A DNA stretch of 21,796 bases. Source: Gemmatimonadaceae bacterium. Its GTDB lineage: Bacteria; Gemmatimonadota; Gemmatimonadetes; Gemmatimonadales; Gemmatimonadaceae. A model generated the notes under the pieces. It was given only the letters and a program-made list of their open reading frames with translations. It was not told the origin of the DNA and did no database searches. The stretch covers positions 1 through 21,796 of the forward strand of contig JBGAJQ010000080.1 in assembly GCA_044224875.1 (NCBI GenBank), given 5' to 3'. Positions 17,669-21,796 of this stretch are shown in pieces; the stretch's first letter is position 1, and every line of letters starts with the position of its first letter. Made by a program: the position numbers and the translations under genes.

Positions 17669-18555
17669 CGCGCGACTACCCGTTCCGGTATTGTGATCTG
17701 AACCTGCGCACCAGGAAACGGCGGGAGGTTCTCGATCAACGCCTTGTCCGTATCCCACGTCGGCACAATGGCGATGCGCGCTGTGCCACTGCGCACCGTC
17801 AACTTGCCGTCCCATTTTCCCACATACCGGCGGACACCCGCCAGGCCCTGCCCGCGACCGGGGTCGCGGTACCGCGACACACCGCGCACCACGGCGTCTT
17901 CCAACGCCATGCCATCGTCCCAACGGTCGCTTCGTTTACGCCCCTGCGCCGATTCCAGTGACCGGCGAAAGCCGATCCCCGCGTCGCAGACGGCGATGAC
18001 CACCACCCGTCGGCCCAACCGCTGCCGGTATCGATATGTCTGCACAGCCACCCACCCCCGCGCCTCGGCATGCTCCACGATATTCTGGCACACTTCGGAT
18101 AGCGTCATGGCGAAACGCATCGTGGCTTGCGGGTCCAGGTTCAACTCGTTCACCAGGATCGCCTGCGCCTTGGATTGGATACGTTCGACCACGTCGTGGA
18201 CGTCATCGCTCTTTTCGACGGGCGTGATTTCCAGCAAGACATTCGACTCGCCGGCGCCGTTGCGCGATCGCGGCACGTGGCCGTGCAGGTCGAAGACTTC
18301 CTCAGCGAAACGATAGAAACCGGCACGCTGCCAATAGCTGGCGGTTTCCTCGGTTTCCGGACCGGTGAAGTCGGCGCGCGTGGTCCGCGACTGCGCAAAG
18401 GTCAGGAGGGCAGTCAGGCCAAACGGCGAAGACCACCGCGTGTGCCGCGCATCGACCAGGACCTTTTGGTCGGTGGGAATCGGCGCCGCCTGTTCGAGCA
18501 CCTGCTCAAACGTCTCGTCATCAAGTGATGGGGGAACGGTGATGACGGTGGTCAC
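17665..18555 (-). CDS. N-terminal STAS-like + GHKL/HATPase_c ATP-binding protein (anti-sigma-factor kinase-like)
   Basis: VLVDARHTRWSSPFGLTAL (STAS-like), YWQRAGF, N-box SEVCQNIVEHA, G1 DAGIGF, G2 GRGQGL, C-terminal PGAQVQITIP. No His-kinase dimerisation domain or TM segments seen. Confidence 0.82.
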   Translation of the reverse strand: MTTVITVPPSLDDETFEQVLEQAAPIPTDQKVLVDARHTRWSSPFGLTALLTFAQSRTTRADFTGPETEETASYWQRAGFYRFAEEVFDLHGHVPRSRNGAGESNVLLEITPVEKSDDVHDVVERIQSKAQAILVNELNLDPQATMRFAMTLSEVCQNIVEHAEARGWVAVQTYRYRQRLGRRVVVIAVCDAGIGFRRSLESAQGRKRSDRWDDGMALEDAVVRGVSRYRDPGRGQGLAGVRRYVGKWDGKLTVRSGTARIAIVPTWDTDKALIENLPPFPGAQVQITIPERVVAR

Positions 18556-19523
18556 TGGGCGATCAACTCTCCACGTAGGTAGGCCGCGAGCCCACGGGCT
18601 CCTCGGAAGTCCACGTTGCGGACGGCCGCGGAAAGTGCGGCGTGTAACGCTTCGGAAAACATATCACCGGCCAAGAGCCGTGAGTAATAGGTCGCGCCAA
18701 AAACGTCACCGCATCCTGTCGGGTCCCCTTCGGTCTTGACAGCGCGCGGCGGAGGTGGAACTAGCGCCGTGGCGATGGTCCCGCCGATGCCAGCGAGACG
18801 TTGCCACGTCGCGCGATCGGCCAGCCGCTCGAAGCCAGGCGCATTGACGTACACCAATCCGCGACTGCCGAGCGTCACCACCAGCTGCTGGACGCCGCGG
18901 GCAATCGCCGTCGCCGCCAGCGACAACGGATCGCTGGCCATCATCGTCATTTCGTCCTCGTTCACCTGCACAATGTCCACGCAGGCGCACCACTCTGACG
19001 CGTTAGGCAGCGGACGCAAGGTGCGCAACCCATCCGGTTGAATCGCCAGCATCAACGAATGCAGGTCACCGTAGATCGGGCCCTTGAAGTGCTGCCGGAT
19101 CAGCTGCGCGGTTTCCAGGTCCAGCTCAAACCCGCTGATGAGATTGATGTACAACGCGTCCAACCCCTGCAACAGCGGTTGCAGGGCGGGCCACGTCCAC
19201 ATCGGCACGCCACCGGACAGCGTCTCCGTTCGTCGCTCGGCGTTCGCGTAGCGCAGTTCCACCTGGTTCGTTCGCGCGTCGACGGAAATAGCGCCCGTTC
19301 CCGGCGCCAACCGCCGCAAGCCCGTCAGGAATTCTCGCGCCTGCGGCGCTCGGTCGTGGCCCACCTTGGCAATGGGGACGATGCTCCAATCGGCGGGGAG
19401 GGCCGCATCGAACGCCGCCAACGCATACGTGATGCCTCCCCACTCCTCGACCGGCATGGTGCGCACATCGCGACCGTGGATGACGTCCCAAACGAACGAT
19501 CCCAACACGCCGACGCGCTTCAC
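18552..19523 (-). CDS. PfkB/ribokinase-family carbohydrate kinase
   Basis: From GTG 19523: MKRVGVLGSFVWD, WGGITY, KVGHD, VQVNEDE, VTLGSRG, DPTGCGDVFGA (PfkB signature 2). Confidence 0.9.
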   Translation of the reverse strand: MKRVGVLGSFVWDVIHGRDVRTMPVEEWGGITYALAAFDAALPADWSIVPIAKVGHDRAPQAREFLTGLRRLAPGTGAISVDARTNQVELRYANAERRTETLSGGVPMWTWPALQPLLQGLDALYINLISGFELDLETAQLIRQHFKGPIYGDLHSLMLAIQPDGLRTLRPLPNASEWCACVDIVQVNEDEMTMMASDPLSLAATAIARGVQQLVVTLGSRGLVYVNAPGFERLADRATWQRLAGIGGTIATALVPPPPRAVKTEGDPTGCGDVFGATYYSRLLAGDMFSEALHAALSAAVRNVDFRGARGLAAYLRGELIAQ

Positions 19524-19560
19524 GTCAGAACGCTCACAGGTCAAACGTGTGGCGCCGAGC

Positions 19561-20562
19561 TCAAATGCCGCCCATCGCCTGCTGCTTGAACGTGGCGGCC
19601 GCCCCCACAATCCCGGCTGTGCCCGGCAGCGATCCTGGGACGATGCGACACGATGCCACCGCGGGTCGGAACGCCCGCTTCCGCACTTCCTTCCGTAGCG
19701 GTTCGAACAGCGGATCCCCGGCCTGGGTGACGCCCCCGGCAATCACCACCACGTCCGGGTTGAAGATGTTCAGCAGGTTGCCAATGCCCGCGCCGAGAAA
19801 CCGTGCCGTCTCGCGCACGACATCCAACGCCAACTCGTCGCCCTTTCGCGCGGCCTCGTACACGATCGCGGCTGTCAGTCGCTCGAGGTGGCCACCAACC
19901 AGCTGGAACAGAAGCGAGTCGTCTTCGTCGCCTAACGCCTCACGCGCACGCTCGGCGATCGATGGCCCTGAGGCATATGCCTCCAGGCACCCATAGTTAC
20001 CGCACTTGCAGCGCCGCCCGGTGATATCGATGGTCGTGTGGCCGATCTCGCCGGCAACGTCCGCCGCGCCATGGTATAGCTGGCCGTCGAGGATCAACCC
20101 ACCCCCGATCCCCGTGCCAATTGTCATTCCCACCACGTTACGTCCGCCCCGCGCGGCGCCCAGCCACCACTCACCAAGCGTCGCGCAGTTCGCGTCGTTG
20201 TCGAGCGTCGCCTCCAACCCCACGCGCTCCGAGATGACGTCGCGCAGCGGAAAGTTCGTCCAGCCGAGGTTTGGCGTGGTGATCACGACCCCCTTCTCGC
20301 GGTCGAGCGGGCCGGGCGCTCCCACGCCCACACCGGCAAAGTCGGACCGCTTAGCGCCCGTTTCCGCGATCGTTTCGGCGATGACCGTGTCGATCATTCC
20401 CACCATGCGATCCACCACCGCGTCCGCACCTTGGTCGGCGCGCGTCATGGCGGAACGGAACGCGTGCGTCGTCTTCCCGTCCTCGGAAATCGCGGCGCCG
20501 ACGAGATTCGTGCCGCCGAGGTCGACTCCAACGATGTAGCGCGTACGCTTCTTGGTCGGCAT
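19561..20562 (-). CDS. ROK-family sugar kinase (glucokinase-like)
   Basis: From ATG 20562: GVDLGGT, GVGAPGP, PNLGW, LDNDANCA.LGE, IGTGIGGG, AGEIGH, CKCGNYGCLEAYASG, NIFNPDVVVIAGGV. No N-terminal HTH, so a kinase rather than a repressor. Confidence 0.93.
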   Translation of the reverse strand: MPTKKRTRYIVGVDLGGTNLVGAAISEDGKTTHAFRSAMTRADQGADAVVDRMVGMIDTVIAETIAETGAKRSDFAGVGVGAPGPLDREKGVVITTPNLGWTNFPLRDVISERVGLEATLDNDANCATLGEWWLGAARGGRNVVGMTIGTGIGGGLILDGQLYHGAADVAGEIGHTTIDITGRRCKCGNYGCLEAYASGPSIAERAREALGDEDDSLLFQLVGGHLERLTAAIVYEAARKGDELALDVVRETARFLGAGIGNLLNIFNPDVVVIAGGVTQAGDPLFEPLRKEVRKRAFRPAVASCRIVPGSLPGTAGIVGAAATFKQQAMGGI

Positions 20563-20602
20563 AGGTCCCGGGGGTGCCTGTTGCAGGTGACGAGCGTGCC
20601 GG

Positions 20603-21370
20603 TCAGAGCCCGGACAATCGCCGCACCATAAGATAGCTGCCAAGGACCACGATGAGCACTGCGAACCCCTGCTTGATGCGCCGCTGGGGCACGCGCCGAC
20701 TGAATCGTGTGCCCACGACCGCGCCGAATGCCGCCACTGGCGTAAAGGTCGCGATCAGCGGCCAGTCGATGGGCACCAATCCGATGTATCCCGCAAACCC
20801 GCTGAGGGAATTCATGGTGATGATCAGCAGCGAACTGCCGACCGCCGCCTTGACCGGCACCTTGGCCAGAAGGACCAGCGCGGGGACGATCACGAATCCT
20901 CCGCCGGCGCCGATCAGCGACGTCAGCGTTCCCACGCCAACCGCCTGCAACGCGAGCAGAAAGCCGAATGTGCCCGGCCCTTCTTCGTTAGGTGCCGTCG
21001 TTCCCGGCTCCGGCCTGAGTGAGTCCCGCAACATGAAGAACGCCGCGCTGAACGCGAAAACCGCAAAGAGCCCCAGCTGCACCGAGGCCGGGACGGCATG
21101 CGTCAGCCGAGCCGTCACAAAGGCCGCCAGCATCGCAAAAAGACCGAACGGGATGGCGATGCGGAGTCGCACCGTACCCTGACGCCAATGCGTGAGGAAT
21201 CCAATGAATGCGCTCATCCCCACCACGGCCAGGCTCATGGCAACCGCCGGCTTGGTGTCCACGTGGAACACATACAGGAAGATCGGAAGCGCCAAGATGG
21301 ACCCCCCGCCACCGAGGAGTCCCAGCACAAATCCCACGAGCAGGGCGAGTATGAGTCCGAGCGCGTTCAT
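20603..21370 (-). CDS. Sulfite exporter TauE/SafE (TSUP) family membrane protein
   Basis: Two internal repeats, LGLLGGGGSILALP and SLIGAGGGFVIVPAL; AVAMSL / AVGSSL; about 8 TM segments. Confidence 0.92.
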   Translation of the reverse strand: MNALGLILALLVGFVLGLLGGGGSILALPIFLYVFHVDTKPAVAMSLAVVGMSAFIGFLTHWRQGTVRLRIAIPFGLFAMLAAFVTARLTHAVPASVQLGLFAVFAFSAAFFMLRDSLRPEPGTTAPNEEGPGTFGFLLALQAVGVGTLTSLIGAGGGFVIVPALVLLAKVPVKAAVGSSLLIITMNSLSGFAGYIGLVPIDWPLIATFTPVAAFGAVVGTRFSRRVPQRRIKQGFAVLIVVLGSYLMVRRLSGL

Positions 21371-21421
21371 TGGGTCGCGAGAAATGAACCCGTTCCCCGC
21401 GTGGCAGGGAACCCGGTGTTG

Positions 21422-21796
21422 CTAACGAATCGTCGGGCGGGCAAGGGCGCTTACCGCCGCGTACACCCGCTCCACGTCCAACTCCCGCATGCAGCGCCAG
21501 TGCCCAAGTGGGCATTTCGCCGGCCCGTGCGGGTCGCAGGGGCGACAGGTCAACCGCTCATGGCCGAGCGTGACCGATCGCGGTGCGAGCGGCCCAAAGC
21601 CGAACTCCGGCACCGTGGGGCCGAAAATCGTGATCGTCGGGGTGCCCACCGCGCTGGCCAAGTGCTGGGGCGCCGAGTCGTTGGTAACCAGCAGGAGGCA
21701 GCGGGCAATGAGGGCGGCGGACGCCAGCAGCGACAGCCGTCCCGTGGCGTCGACGGCCGCCCCAAAGGTGGCGTCGACGATCTCCTGGGCTAACCC
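21422..21796 (-). CDS. Glycosyltransferase family 9 (LPS heptosyltransferase WaaF-like), 5' end outside the window
   Basis: Frame open to the window edge: DATGRLSLLASAALIARC.LLVTNDSAPQHLASAVGTPTITIFGPT, followed by CRPC..HG...CPLGHWRCM. Confidence 0.9.
   Translation of the reverse strand, partial: GLAQEIVDATFGAAVDATGRLSLLASAALIARCLLLVTNDSAPQHLASAVGTPTITIFGPTVPEFGFGPLAPRSVTLGHERLTCRPCDPHGPAKCPLGHWRCMRELDVERVYAAVSALARPTIR

Larger units (their letters stand above)
361..20992. repeat. Dispersed heptamer CCTAACG / CGTTAGG, 18 exact copies found by eye
   Basis: CCTAACG on + at 361, 391, 2248, 6225, 12032, 12919, 14301, 19931. CGTTAGG on + at 5071, 5791, 6583, 11140, 11440, 16630, 16816, 17525, 19001, 20986. 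Confidence 0.85.

Noticed and set aside
361..20992. TTAGG-containing motif as a telomere-like repeat or CRISPR-like array
   Set aside because: The copies are single, dispersed, irregularly spaced and inside genes. There is no tandem or repeat-spacer structure and no cas genes.
15638..21370. TauE plus the Cys/Met PLP enzyme as a dedicated sulfur-metabolism system
   Set aside because: They are separated by five unrelated genes, and no rhodanese, sulfur carrier or other sulfur gene is present.

Overview
GC-rich (about two-thirds GC, estimated by eye) bacterial chromosomal segment, probably Gemmatimonadota (inferred from gene content and order, not verified). The left block is on the minus strand: a partial HD-domain phosphohydrolase missed by the ORF track, a secreted amidohydrolase, pckA, maeB and a secreted M20 peptidase. 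After ~700 bp of unassigned sequence comes a plus-strand metal-uptake cluster: a small signal-peptide/CxxC/C-terminal RAPP leader ORF (CruR/DUF2946-like), a structured spacer, an outer-membrane beta-barrel, a ZnuA-like binding protein and an ABC-3 permease, with no ATPase gene. The right block is a long minus-strand run: partial GT9 glycosyltransferase, TauE, ROK kinase, PfkB kinase, STAS-GHKL kinase-like protein, STAS-wHTH protein, small double-psi-barrel-like protein, Cys/Met PLP enzyme, ftsE-ftsX-envC-like, nfo. Top findings: (1) a candidate ribosome-stalling, metal-sensing leader peptide in front of an ATPase-less metal importer; (2) the heptamer CCTAACG/CGTTAGG, found 18 times, which repeatedly imposes rare TTA codons; (3) a translationally coupled STAS-GHKL + STAS-wHTH partner-switch-like module next to sugar kinases. 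No rRNA, tRNA, CRISPR array or mobile element was recognised.
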